A DNA stretch of 64,000 nucleotides from Rhizodiscina lignyota (GCA_010015805.1 ML978143.1:124001-188000), one strand, 5' to 3'. Shown: positions 12,252-27,017, counted from the stretch's first letter. Program-made: numbers and translations. The notes: generated by a model not told the origin, from the letters alone.

Positions 12252-14364
12252 TTAGACCGCGTAGGCTTTCATGTTTGCTTCGGCTCCTTTCTCCGATGCA
12301 AAAACGTCGCTGCTGACAGCAACATCCTCAGCAACATCCTCGCCATCAATAATTATCGAATACTTCCCCTGACTAGGTCTGTCTTGACGATAACCTGACG
12401 GAAGGACAAGAGTGTCTTCGTCATGGTGATTTGTCCCTTCGCCCAGTCCAGGAGGAGGAGAAACAAGATTCATTAGCCAATACATCAGGACGGAAATGAA
12501 GAAACCTTGGACATTAGTTAGAAATGAATCATGACGACAAAGGGCTTAGAAACTTACCAGTAAGAAATCCCAGACGACTAAGTTTGATCCAAGCGTTCAA
12601 TCCACCACCAATGTTTGAAGCACCCATGATGTACCCTGGCATGGCCGGTGCAATGGCGATGCAAAACGCGGCAAAGGCTCGCCAATTGAAGCCTTTGTAG
12701 TACCAGTAGATCGAATCAGAGTTGCCACGATAGAGATCATCCACTACAATGAGTCAGCTGTTGAAACTCCAGAAAGAGTGTCGGAACATCTTACTCTTAA
12801 TGAGTTTCTTCCGCACAATCCAATAGTCTGCCACCAGAATGCCAGAGCAAGGGCCGTAGAAGATTCCAAACCCATTCAAGACTGTGATAAAAGTCGCTGC
12901 TGTGGTTGTAATCTGCCAGGGGTTCACGGCCAGACCGACAGCGGCAATCAGGTAGGCCCCTCTCCGAATATTGATCCACTTCGGCGCATAACTTGTCAAA
13001 TCCATGGCCGATGCTACGGAATTTAGAATGATATTCACACATACTTGAGCATAAGCACAAGTAGCCGAAGCAAAGAAGACAGCAGCACGAGATCTAGCCG
13101 AATTGTTGTAGTGAGCTTGGATTTCTCGAAGCAGCAGGTAAGGTTGCCAGTATGCCTCTCCCAGAACATTACTGGCCGCCGAGGTAATGATGATTCCAAG
13201 AGTGCAGATGATGAAAGTGAATGTTGGGCAGGCGAAAAATTGTGCCAACATTGGAGCGCGAGCACCCGTTGCTGAGAATCGACACCAATCAGATTGCCCA
13301 AGAGTAATGACGGCCATATTTCCCAGGACTGCTGTGGCACCATACACTACGGCCCAGGGGACTGAGTCGCCAAGAGTGAGATCCGGTGTGTAATCTTTGG
13401 AGAAATAGTAGCCAGCTCCGCCTGCGGCGTGTACCGACCAGATTAGGAGTCCAAACACAGTTATACAGAAGCCGATACACGATACAAGGAACGGACGGTA
13501 CAGCTTCTCCGGTGGGAACCACATGGTGACCAAGAAAACGATGTAGTAGAGAAAGACTGAAGCAATGTTAGAAACATTCACTTTGCTCCAAAGGAGAAGA
13601 CTTACACCCAATCAGATCTCTCAACTCCAGGGTACCGTCCGCTAAGGGGTAATGCCAGTTCGCCCACGTGAGAGACCATGTGCCAATGCAAGTTGAAATG
13701 GCCTGGCCGCCCCAAAACGCCTGCAATTGCTTTCTCAGTCTCATTCTGTGGGGGAAATGACACTCATACCTCAATACCGTCCCAGATAAGACCAGGCATG
13801 ACACGAATTGCAACAGCAAAGTAAGTGCCACGCATTCCCCACGCCATTCTTGAGGCGGCAGTGTAGGTGATGTGGTGTGTACATCCTACCCAGCCGCAAA
13901 GCACACAGAGAAATGCAAGAACGACTGGAGAGAAGATACTAGCACCGATAGCTTGCGGGCCACTCAGACCAAATCCGATAAGAGCAGAACCCGTGGAATA
14001 GTTGTAGATTGCAAAACCTTGTATCATCAGCTTTTGTGTTCAAGTTAAAAAGGCGTATTATTATTACCAGAAGTCATCCAATATGTAACATAAGCTTGCC
14101 ATCCCCAAGTTCGGCTGGGTTCGACTTAGTACTTCTCATCTCAAATGTGTTCAAGGAAAGAATACCGAGTCTTGTCCATTGGCACCAAATCTGAAAATCA
14201 TGTTAGTTTGGCAACGAAGACTGAGTATCGGGTACATGCGTGCCTGGATTTGTGTACTGATCGTTCGCATATGTCCCATTCTTAGATTGGGCCACTTCAA
14301 ATTTTTTAATATACCGGCGAAATCTGGACTGATTACCAGCGCCATCACGGTTGATGGATCCCAT
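12252..14364 (-). CDS. NCS1-family nucleobase/allantoin permease (Fur-type)
   Basis: Spliced N-terminus MGSINRDG..YTNPDLVPMDKTRRTWGWQAYVTYW. Motifs ASRMAWGMRG, QSDWCRF, PKWINIRRG, NPWQ, LVADYWIVRK, YWYYKGFNWRA. Multiple TM segments and several short introns. Confidence 0.92.
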
Positions 14365-14463
14365 CGCGAGGCGTATGCAGAAAGACGTGTTATAGTGGTG
14401 AGAGGGGAAGTTCGCAAGACTCGAGGTTATCGCAGCAAGACGTGGAAGCTGTCTTTTATCGCA

Positions 14464-14868
14464 TTATCAACGCTCTCAACGAGAACATGGGAAGTGGAAG
14501 AAAGCTTCCAGCTGGCAGGCAGTGTTCCCAGTTCTCCACTCGCAATCAATTATCAGGAATCGTATCGCAGATCAACCCTGCAGCACATCGTTCGCACGTA
14601 CTAGTTCCGCCCTAACATAATGAAGATAAGATACCTCCTCATTTACTAGAACTGTAATTGGTCGTCAAAGGCCGATGTATGTGAATTGTAACTGGCCGTC
14701 AAAGGCCGGTGTATGTGAGACGCGTCTGGCCCAGGTTGGCAAACAACTGGGCATCCATCACTAGGTGCCTGATTGATAAATATCCGACGGTATTAAGCGC
14801 CCATGACAAAGTGGAGGTTATCAAGCGCCATCTATCAAACGCGGACGCCATAGATATACCTCTGATAG
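14464..14868. promoter_or_regulatory. Cluster of HGATAR (AreA/Nit2-type GATA) sites upstream of the NCS1 permease
   Basis: TTATCA 14464, 14550, 14818; AGATAA 14624; TGATAA 14774; CTATCA 14832; TGATAG 14863. Nitrogen-regulated permeases typically carry such clusters. Confidence 0.55.
14653..14718 (+). repeat. 34-bp tandem duplication (2 copies) in the NCS1/P450 divergent intergenic region
   Basis: tgtaaTtggTcgtcaaaggccgAtgtatgtga versus tgtaaCtggCcgtcaaaggccgGtgtatgtga. Confidence 0.85.
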
Positions 14869-15464
14869 GGTTTATCGAACTTCTCCGGTTGGCTGGACAT
14901 GGCTGGTATACCAGAGACCTGGCTACACTCTAAAGTTGTGGTACGTGTGGCTTACATGTCTTTAACATGCCTAGGGAGCCCCTTTAATATACACCAAAGG
15001 TTGGATCAAAGGGTATCAGTCGCCAATTTGAACGACTCACTTAACCAAACTGCATCCGACACATACATGCGGTCGGCAGTCTGTTTGTTCGCCAGCCTGT
15101 GTAGGCCGGCAAACTTGTGAGGAACCGAGAGAGGTATCCTAACAGAGTTGGCCAACAGGCTGTTATCGTATGCTAAGTCTATTGATCGTCGCTTATCAGC
15201 AACCCCGCACTCGCACGACATGCTGAACTTGCGCTGAAACTGAGTCGTACCCCTGGATGAGAGAAAAGTTGTTGTGTAGGATGCGTGGTTGGCATTGTGC
15301 TAGAGGTGATAGGAACGGCCCGATTGGGATAAGGTTGTTATCAGGACAGGATTTCCAACGCCGTGCCTTTCTTTTACAAAAGTCTCAGAATCCTTCCAAA
15401 CCACCTACAGACCTTTTCGATAATAATTCAGATCTCAAATGTCGTTTGAATAAAGAGAAAGACT

Positions 15465-17586
15465 ATGGAGTCCTTACCTATCGGAAATATCGCCTTTTCT
15501 TTGGCGAGTGCCTTACTTGCTACCACGGGATTTTACCTTCTCGTAAAGCTTCCTGCCTTTATCGAGCGCGTTCGAATATGGCAGAGATATTGCGTGTCGC
15601 ATTCGCAGTTCTATCGCGAAGCTGGGGAGGGAAAATACAAGTTTATACGTGACCCGTTCTCCGGTTAGTTTCAATTTTCAGTTTCTCAGTTTCTCTAGAG
15701 CCTAGTCTAATGGATTGTAGTTCCAAGAACTTACTGGCTCTGTCACTACGCTGCTGTTCAAAAAGCATTCAGTCCCTCTTCCAGGTATGTCTGAGCGTTA
15801 GGTTGTGTAAAGAAGGGATGGCACACAGTTGGAATCGTGGTCTATTTTGAGGCACTGTTTTTTGAGCCGGCTATTTGTCCATTTCCGACAACCCTTTTTA
15901 AAGTCAGGTATATCAAGACCGAGTCCTGCAGGGAGGATAGGCGTAGTTAATTTCCATTTCCAAGCCCCTGTGTGCCATCTCTTCCTTGCTTCAGCCTGAC
16001 CTGCGACTTTCAAAAGTTTGAGCTGACGCGCGCCTTTAGGAACCAAGTTGATCACAGAGCTGGCTTTGATTGGTTTCACTACGCAGGATGGGAAGTTCCT
16101 ACAACTCATCCAAAGTATAGAGAGACGATCCGGAAAGCAGATCAAACTGTGCATGTAAGTTTGATCCGGAGTAAATTGAGCAAAGTATTGTCCAAAGTCG
16201 AGCGAATTGGGTTGAGCGAGATCGATCGTGTAAGGAAAGCAACGGGGCCTGACGGGAGAAATGTCTCCCTCCATTCGCTCATGTATCGCGTCGCGTATAA
16301 TGTAAATTGTATAGGGTGAGTCTCGTCATAATAACCTACAATGTCGAGTAGACTGACTGTCTGATAGCCTATTTGGAGAGGATCTCGATCATATTACAAC
16401 AAGAAGGATGCTTCAGAGGTATACGGAAAATTCACATCATATGATGAACACATTTTCTTGGCCTATCCCTCAGTGGATCAGTCTGAGAGTCGTGCCCGGA
16501 GCAAGACGTTGTGTCAAGGCTCGCGATGATTTGTACCGGTTCCTGGTCGAGTGAGTTACTTTAAACATTCTCTCACTATGCGGTTTTTTTCTGACATTGC
16601 CAAAGCTGGGATAAGAAAGGAGGAGCTCAGAACTCTTCCAATGAGATGCGGGCGATTTTGGGCGTTTTTGAACAGGCTGGGACGCCGGCGGAGGTCCGGT
16701 CAACATTCACGAATAGTAAGCTACCTTTTACCTATCCTACATGTGACTATACTCACATGAGGCAGTGATGATGGTAGCTTTCCTGGCGAACACACCTGAA
16801 GTTCTCGGATGGTTCTTTATGAATCTCGTTCAAGCACCAGAGCTTTTCCAAGTGGTCCGGGCCGAATGTGATGCGCTCGGCGATGACTCCATCATTGAAA
16901 CCGACTTCAAAAAGCGAACACGGTATTTGTACTCCGCGTTATTTGAGACGTGCCGCTGCTATGTTTTCACAGGGACGGCGGCAATCATAACCAAAGAATG
17001 CACGCTTCCTGGAATGGGAGATCATGTTTTCAAGCCAGGCGATAGTATTCGCTCCTTAGGATCAGCTTCTGCAATGGATACTGAAGTATACGGTTCTGAT
17101 GCGGCCTATTGGAAAGGCCATCGTTTTGTTGGCGAAGGAGAAAGCTTGCTCAAGTATGATCTAACATTTGGCGTTGGTCGAGCACGTAAGTGGATTTTAT
17201 GTTGACTGTGTAGGTTGCGTAAGGCTAACCTCTCCTGGTCAGCCTGTCCTGGACGAGCTTTTGCCATAGCTGAATTATGCATGATCGCGGTGAACATGAT
17301 CCGGAATTTTGACTTCTCCGACTGGTCTATCTCGAAACATCTACCATACGAAGCAGATGATTTTGAAGTCCTCGGGCCAGCTTCGCCAGAGTACTCTGAG
17401 ATTATTGATCTCGATGGAAGCATAAAGAAAATTATTCACCCAGGAAACATGTCTGATTATGGTAATTAAACCAAACACCGAGGAAATGCTAGAGCTGACG
17501 GGCGATGCATAGGTCCACCCGGTATGACTTCCTCCAACATACCATTGAACGATTTTGCTTGCCGACTTTCGCCCCGAACTGCTTGA
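15465..17586 (+). CDS. Cytochrome P450, CYP7/CYP8-like I-helix type
   Basis: N-terminal TM anchor. Eight exons join in frame by eye via GT-AG introns. I-helix MVAFLANTP, ExxR = ETCR, PERF-like KGHRF, heme motif FGVGRAPCPG (split by an intron near 17186-17242). Ends ..CRLSPRTA*. Confidence 0.88.
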
Positions 17587-18033
17587 GCACAAGATTACAG
17601 AAACACCATTTCACGGCAGCTGAGTTACATCGTCAACGGTATCAGAATGATGATCAAGGCGTTATTTAGAAGGTCGCGTGTTGTTTGCCACAAGTTTCTT
17701 GCACAATGCTTCTCCATCAGCCTTCTTCGTACCTGTGCGTTTTGATAGTCGTCTGTACTGTTCTTGTATTCTTCTTTTGACAATTCTCAAGAGTGTCGTA
17801 GATAGCAATTAAGCATTTTTGTAAACGATGGATCTATTCTGGCAGGTAATGGAAGATCTGCGCTCAGCTTCTGGCAAGAGTGCGCAGAAGATCCAAACGC
17901 AAGCACCAGATGCGTACTACAAAATGGCGATGGCACACAGCAACAGCAGCGTCAGGGGGGTGTACAAAGCAGGTCGAATATTTCAGGTCCAGATGCTAGA
18001 CGAGGAATGAAGGTTTACGTCTGAGGCGATCTG

Positions 18034-19050
18034 ATGCTAGCTCACCCCATTGTAATCAAGGCGCCATCTTTCGGTCTTTACGACATTAATCCCTTCAAAT
18101 CTGCACTCCGCATTGTCGTACATCCGGAGAAGCCCAGACTCGTCCGAGTCAGGCGAGCCTTATCAACCGCTCTGGACCGACGCCCTCTCCGTAACCAGGC
18201 CGATAGAGCGGAAAAGAGCGCGCGGGTGCAGCGTATGGGTTCGATATACGAGAATGCCAAAGCAATGTTCGCGTATCTTGGGCCAAGCGACGAAGCGAGC
18301 GACTTGGCGACCGAAGTGCGCAACGATGCCGGAACGAGGCTGTTCTATCTCGGCATTCCGGAGGCTGAGAAGCTTTCATCCCTGGCGGACAGAATCTCCC
18401 TCGAGTTTCTCATGATAGTCGCTGGCAGCGATGCACTGCAACTGTTGTCGAATCTCGACCGCGAGACGTTTCGGATTCTATTAGCAGAGCTCCCATGGCT
18501 GGAGGAGGATTCTGATGCCGCAGAGAAGATAAAAATTGCATTCTTAGCGTTCTTCTCTTATGCTTTTTGGACTCGGATATGAATGCTGCAGGAAATGGTT
18601 CTGAGCCTCCTTATTAGCCCCTGAGGTGGGGCATGGGGAAGGTAGTGCAATGCACTTAAGTAGCGCGTGAGCACGTGCACTCGTGTATTACCTACAGCCT
18701 TCCTCTCCTTCCGAGATTTCTCTCTTTAATCAATCCATGATATTCGCCACTTCGTGTTCATTGTGTGGTTATGATGCACTTCAGGAAATGCCAGATCTTA
18801 ACAATGAAGAAGCCTTTCGTCTCAAATTCGCAAAAGTGGTCCATTTAGAAAACTTATGCGATTAACTACGCTGAACCGCGTCTTCTTCAAGACATCCGAG
18901 AAACGGTACATGGGAGGCGGCCTGATGAGAATGAAGGACGATCTAAAATCGTCATCTGTGAGGGGGGCAAGGCGCCATTTGTGAACGTAGCGTGGGACCG
19001 GATCGATGGGAATTGATTGGAGAAGGTATGGCTTGAGGATAATGGATCGT
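18034..19050 (+). pseudogene. HET (heterokaryon incompatibility) domain pseudogene, het-6-like
   Basis: LWTDALS/NQAD..EKS.RVQRMGSIYENA..YLG with a frameshift near 18190. FWTRI*MLQEMVLS has TGA at 18580-18582 where Trp is expected. Downstream remnant RVFFKTS..YMG..IVICEGGKAPFV. End coordinate approximate. Confidence 0.78.
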
Positions 19051-19644
19051 GAGTTTCTAACTGGAAAGGCTGATGCAAAGGTAGAGAAATTTCTTCTGGA
19101 ATAGGCGCCAGTGCCAGTGATGGACGATCACCCCCATGATGTTTGTACAAAGGCACATATAAATGCTTACACGAGACCCATAGGCCTCTGAAATAGTTAT
19201 ATTCACTTTTTGTCGCAGCGCTATTTACAAAGCCGTACTGCAACGGTCTTATCCTCAGAGAACATCAGTCACCGCAGTGAGCATTCCCTCCCTCACGAAC
19301 CGAACCCGAAAAATTAAATTGACACGCACGCAACTATTCCTCGTACTCCGCAGCGCCAGTCTTATGCAGAATGGATTTTGGTTGGCAAGGGTGTGATTGT
19401 TGACGCCGACGCAATGACCGAAATGGGAGGGAAACCACACTGAGTCTAGAGAAGCACACAAACCTGGAGTGAAAACCTATGATCGAAAGGCCGCCAATCG
19501 ATGGCGGCTTTTTGGCAACCTGTTGGGGAAACATGACAACGATGAATCGGGAGCTCATCGTCCATGGCCGCATTACCTGTGAAAAGGTTCAATAAACCTT
19601 CTTGTGAATGCAGCAAGGAGAAGCAAGTTGGGAACCCAACCAGT

Positions 19645-21716
<2,072 letters not shown>

Positions 21717-22506
21717 GTTCCAGCTATGCTCTGTGGTTGGAAATGTAGGATAAGGTAGGTCTGCCTAGGTCCGCGTTTGAAGGATTCAGAGTTGCGAGAT
21801 CTATGCAGCAGTGTTGACGACCGGGTCGTGAGGAGTGTGTGACGGAAACGCTAAGGATACTGGCGGCATTGGTATGCTCTCAGAGCAGGTTGAATCGGTA
21901 CCAAGCACGAGCCAGCAAGCAGAACGTAAGCATCGACAACTCGGTGGAGGTGAGTGCGAAGAACGGGTAATGTTTTTTTCGTGTTTTGAAGCTCGAACGG
22001 CGATGCCAAGACAACCCCAGCTGCCTTGCGCATCACGTGGCGATAACGATTATCGTGCACCATTCCCGAAACGATTAGGTCGGAAAGGGACATCTGTTCG
22101 CAGCGCAGTCACCGCTCTCTTTACGGTCACACTCCACAATCTTCGCACCTCAGCCATCTTTATCTAATGAGCTATCCAGGCCTCGTAGAGTTTTAATCGA
22201 TCCACTACCCGACTCTCCACATGGCCAATTCAATGGTAAATGATTCTTCGAACCCTTGTGACCATGATCCTATCACCGCGCGCGTTTGTCTCCCCGCAGT
22301 CGTAGGCGCATCCAGCGAACCAGCACCGCATGCAGTACACCAGAAAAAGTAACCTACTCCTTCTCCTCATTAGCAGCCCTATTTCTTCCTGCTACTTCTG
22401 TTCAGAAAGCTACTTGTCGCATTTCGTATGTCTCCGTAAATCTTAGAATTCTGGTTGTTGCCTTGTATCTACTCTTCTCCACTTCTCTCGATGCAGCTTG
22501 TCAGAC

Positions 22507-23571
22507 ATGAGCTCCTCCTGGGCCTTCGGCTACTTGGACGAAGATACCAGGCAAGCATGCATTGCACATGCACAGTCTCTGTTATCTACCTCTAAGATCG
22601 AACCATTACCCCAAGAGTCGCAAGGAGGATGCAGCTTCACCCTCAGAATATTATCTACGGATTTGGAAAGCCAGCCCCGTCAATTGCTGCAGTTTAGACC
22701 TACCAAATATTCCCTAGCCGTGTCTATCACAGACGACGCCAAACTGATATACGGAGAGTATGCGCCTTTTGTGCGTTGCCTTGGACACCTCTTGTTGGGA
22801 GACCTGGGCCGGATTGATGTGTTTCTTATTGATATCATAGAAGGAATTTCATACGCCGATGTCAGGCCCAATTTCCGGCACCTCGATAATTCCCTTGTCA
22901 GCAGGCAGATGCGGTACATCACAGGTTTCGCTGATTTTCTTGCTCGTGGGTGGCGCCACGGTAAGGGAGCGGAGCAGCTTATGAGCTGTAATGGCAAAGT
23001 AGGGCGACAGCTGAAACGCAAGATCGAACGCCTGACACTCGAGCTTCCAACTTATGAGCTGAGATCAATTGCATGTCGCATACTTGAGCATTTACCTATG
23101 CTCGATAAGCTGCCGGTGGTTCTCTGTCACGGGGATATGATCCCATCGAATATCATAATACACGACTCGACCTCTTCCATCCAGGGGTTCTTAGACTGGG
23201 CAGAGGCGGAATATCTACCGTTTGGAATACCTCTGTATGGACTAGAGCACTTCTTAGGATATCTCTCGGCGTCACGTGGATCATCGACATTTACCCACTA
23301 CTCTTGCGAAGCCGAGCTCCGCAGTCGTTTCTGGAAAGAGCTCGAAGATCGGATACCGGAATTGATCGGCAGCATCATTCTTGAAGAAGCAACACTGCTC
23401 GCAAGAGATGTCGGTGTTCTCCTGTGGTACGGATATGCATGGGACGATGGCGCTATCGACAGAGTCGTTAATGCGAGAGACGATCCTTCTGAGGTCATGT
23501 ATCTGGAAACGTTTCTGGGCGCGTCGAGGGAGGAAACTTCTACTTCAAGCCCTACTCTTTGCAAGATTTGA
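22507..23571 (+). CDS. Aminoglycoside phosphotransferase (APH)-family protein-kinase-like protein
   Basis: Intronless. SQGGCSFT, LLQFRP, Brenner-type motif VLCHGDMIPSNII, DWAEAEYLPFG..LYGLE. Confidence 0.87.
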   Translation: MSSSWAFGYLDEDTRQACIAHAQSLLSTSKIEPLPQESQGGCSFTLRILSTDLESQPRQLLQFRPTKYSLAVSITDDAKLIYGEYAPFVRCLGHLLLGDLGRIDVFLIDIIEGISYADVRPNFRHLDNSLVSRQMRYITGFADFLARGWRHGKGAEQLMSCNGKVGRQLKRKIERLTLELPTYELRSIACRILEHLPMLDKLPVVLCHGDMIPSNIIIHDSTSSIQGFLDWAEAEYLPFGIPLYGLEHFLGYLSASRGSSTFTHYSCEAELRSRFWKELEDRIPELIGSIILEEATLLARDVGVLLWYGYAWDDGAIDRVVNARDDPSEVMYLETFLGASREETSTSSPTLCKI

Positions 23572-23656
23572 ATCTACATATTGTTTTCAAGGGGCCGTCT
23601 AAGCCATATTGTCTATTCTCGCTTAATCGCAGAAACTGGCATGCATCTAGCACATG

Positions 23657-24788
23657 CTATTGGCCATCTACCTTTGGCTTCACCAGGTCTTTGGTGCGTC
23701 CGGTCTTCATTTGCTCTTCGTAGTCTGGTCGTGGTATCTCAATCGCTTCAACCATGCGTCCATATGTGATACCGCCTAACCTGGCAATTGGCTTTAAGAT
23801 CTGCAATCGAAATTTAGTATTGACAAAGCCCCACTGTTGCAGCCAATTCTCTTCCACTTACATTCGGGTCGAGCAGATTCTTCTCCTCGTTCAGCGCATC
23901 CTCCCTCGCCCAAAACCTCACACCCTCGACAATCGCCAGCGTCGTGGTCTTCTTCCCGGGCGTCACGCGGCTCTCATATTCCTTCACTTCAACCAATTTC
24001 GCCTCTACACTAAACACGGCCTCCTGAACCCTACTTGCCTTCACCAGCTTGCATGGCGCCGGGTGCAGCCCTGACAGTGACCACTCCGATACCCCGTACG
24101 GTGAGTTCACCGACGTCGAGTTGGCTGCCTCTAGAAAATGCTCCGATATTATGTTCACGCAGCACTCACCCGTATCGACAAGATTCCTGAGCGTGTCCTT
24201 TGCCCGCGCAATTGGGGAGGCGAAGCCGAAGATGAAGAGGGGCGGATCGTGGCTGAACATTTGGAAGTAGGAGAAGGGCGCAAGGTTGGTGGAGGTGCCT
24301 GCTCAAGCCTACCATCAGTATTCCCACATATAAACAGCGCCAATTGATTTAATGGAGTCGCCCAGCGTACCGTCTTTACTTATCGTACTGCAGAATCCGA
24401 CCGGCCGCGGTATGATGGCGCTGATGAGCAGTTTGTAGTTGAATGCCGCAGGCCGCCCGTCTTCATATGGGTCGATCTCGATATGCTTCTGCTTCAAGCT
24501 CGCGCCGCCGTCATTGCCGCCCTTTCCCAGGGTCCAGCTGGGGTCTTTCGTCTTGGTAAATTCCCACTCTTGCTCGTGCCAGTCCGGCCGTGAAGCTTCC
24601 ACCTTGTTAAAGTCGGGATGTGGGTTGCGCTTGATGGCCTTCTCGGCGTCTAGGTGGTCTTTGGCAGCGGCCATTCTTGCGGTCGTGCTAAGGAATGATT
24701 TTGAGAAGCGCGATGGCAGTTGATTTGAAAGCTTGCGGACAGGAACTGAATATATAAACGAGCGGCGCGTTTGCCGCACACCAAACAT
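23657..24788 (-). CDS. Flavin reductase-like FMN-binding protein with probable mitochondrial presequence
   Basis: RNPHPDF..VEASRP, YKLLISAIIPRPVGF.ST.SKDG|TSTNLAPFSYF, KDTLRNL..TGEC.VNIISE, LKPIARLGGITY. Two introns. Arg/Ser-rich N-terminal extension before the second Met (24674). Confidence 0.9.
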
Positions 24789-25409
24789 GAAATAAACCGG
24801 TCAATTGACCTGAAGTTGACGCGTTCTCAACGACAGACAGCCCGCGTATGAGGGAGTTCGTGGCGCAACGCGGAAAGACGAAAACTCACCATCTACTGCC
24901 GTTATCGTGTATCGGAGAGAAAGAAGTGGACCTTCAATCCGCAATTGCAATAATCACATAATCATGACGCCAAGGGTTTGATTCCCGATCACGCATTTGA
25001 GGCAGAAGAGAAGATAAACCGTCCGCACCGACAATGCCGACTTTCGGTGCCAGATCAAGCTCCAGGTAAATCTTTCCACCGAGCCATGGTCTTTTGCCGC
25101 GTGGAGCGTCAAGGAGTGTCTTCGTATATATCTCTAAGCTGCTCGGAGTTGGCTCGTCGATGCTGCAAAGGCCGACGTCACCAAACCAGCCCCACTTGGA
25201 GCTTCCTGCTCTCCGATGGCGGGGTAGCTGGAGTCGTGGGAGCGAGTATCCGCTTTGGGGAAGTTCACAACACCTTGGCCCTTATCTGGGAGCTGTATCG
25301 TGATGTGGAAAGCGACTATTTCATAAGTTGGATGGAATTCCTTGTTTGAGCGCCTCTTCAGTTCTTCAAAATTCCTTTCGGGCTTCAGTCGAGTTTCGTA
25401 TCGTCATCA

Positions 25410-27017
25410 ATGGCCGCAGAGTACAGCACGTACAAGCTCGGAGACTTTGAGCTCCAGTCAGGGGAGGTCCTGAAGGATGCGTTCATTGCGTTCAGGACGT
25501 TCGGGGATCCAAATCTGCCAGCGATCATATACCCTACGTGGTATTCGGGGAGTACGAACCTCATTCATTGAAAACTCGCTCATTTCGCGTTTCATGTCTG
25601 CTAGCTTCTCTACGCATGTCGTGTGAGAGTATAGCTTTGATTATTTCGTGTACCTGGAGCATCACACACAGCTCCGGCTCCCATATGAAGATGACATGAG
25701 CTTCACGTTTTCGCTCCGACTACGAGCTGACATTCCGTAGAGATATCCGACAACATCTGGCTGATCGGCGAATCAATGACCCTCTCCCCCAAGAACTTCT
25801 ACATTGTCATCCCTGCGCTCTTCGGCAACGGCGAGTCCACCTCGCCTTCCAATACCCCCCTCCCCCGCCCCTTCCCACGCGTCACCTTCTACGACAACGT
25901 CCGCGCGCAGCACCAGCTCGTCACCAAGTCGCTTGGTATCCAGCATGCCTTCGCGGTACTCGGATGGAGCATGGGCGCAGGCCAGACGTACCAGTGGGCG
26001 ACGCAGTATCCAGACTTCATGGACTGCGTTGTGCCGTTTTGCGGGAGTGCCAAGACGAGTTTGCATAATCAGGTCATGCTGGAAGGGGTGAAGAGCGCGC
26101 TGCTTGCTGGGAAGGGTGCGGTCAGTAAGGGGAGTGGAGAGACGGGAGAGTTGAGCATTAAGGAGGGCGAGTACAAGGGATGGAACGATGTGGAAAGGGA
26201 GGTTGGGCTGAAGACGCTGGGAAGAGTGTATGCGGGGTGGGGATTCAGTCAACCGTTTTACAGGGAAAAGGTATATGAGAAGGCTTTGGGGTATAAGGAC
26301 TTGGAGGATTTTATGGTGAATTTCTGGGAATCATGGGCTTGCTCGAAAGGTGAGTTCTTTTGTCTCATGAAAAGATATTGTGCAGTAACTTCCAACACGA
26401 GCGATCCGAACGATTTCGGAGTGGAGCGGAATATTCTCAAGCTGCAGCAGCGACTATCTAATGGGAGAACAGCAGGGAGATTAGCCGTTGACTTCTTGGT
26501 TTCCGGACGTGAAATTAACGCTGGAGGTTATTACGAACTGGAAGAGAGATGGACGTTAACTGAGCCACAGATCCCGAAAACATGTTGACTATGCTGTACA
26601 CATGGCAAGCGGGTGACTGCGCTCAGCAGGAGCCGTACAACGGCGACTTCAAAGCGGCCATGCAAGGCATCCAGGCGAAGGCGCTTGTCCTGCCTGGCGA
26701 GACCGATCTCTACTTCCCGTAAGCTATCGGAGATTCAGAAAGCGATAATATCCCATTAACTTGTAGGATCGCCAGACCTGATGACTCCAAGATCGAAGTC
26801 GAGAACATGAAACCAGGCATCGGAAAGATGGAGCCATTCCCGAGTATATGGGGACACTGGGCCGGAGGCAAGTACCACTGTGAGTGAGTATGTATTGAGC
26901 TATTGCTAATGAGCTGCAACAAAAGGACCTGGCGACAGCAAGGAAGATGTGAAATGGCTCGACATCCAGCTAAATACGTTCTTTAAAAGTATCGGGACAC
27001 CGCTCGCCCTGAGATGA
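25410..27017 (+). CDS. Homoserine O-acetyltransferase-family alpha/beta hydrolase
   Basis: YKLGDFELQSGEVL..A.IA..TFG, LFGNGESTSPSN, nucleophile GWSMGA, TDLYF, SIWGHWAGGPG. Four introns, the last GC-AG (26868-26925). Confidence 0.9.

Noticed and set aside
18580..18582. Stop-codon editing rescue of the HET gene
   Set aside because: The gene also has frameshifts and an apparent deletion, so fixing one stop would not restore it.
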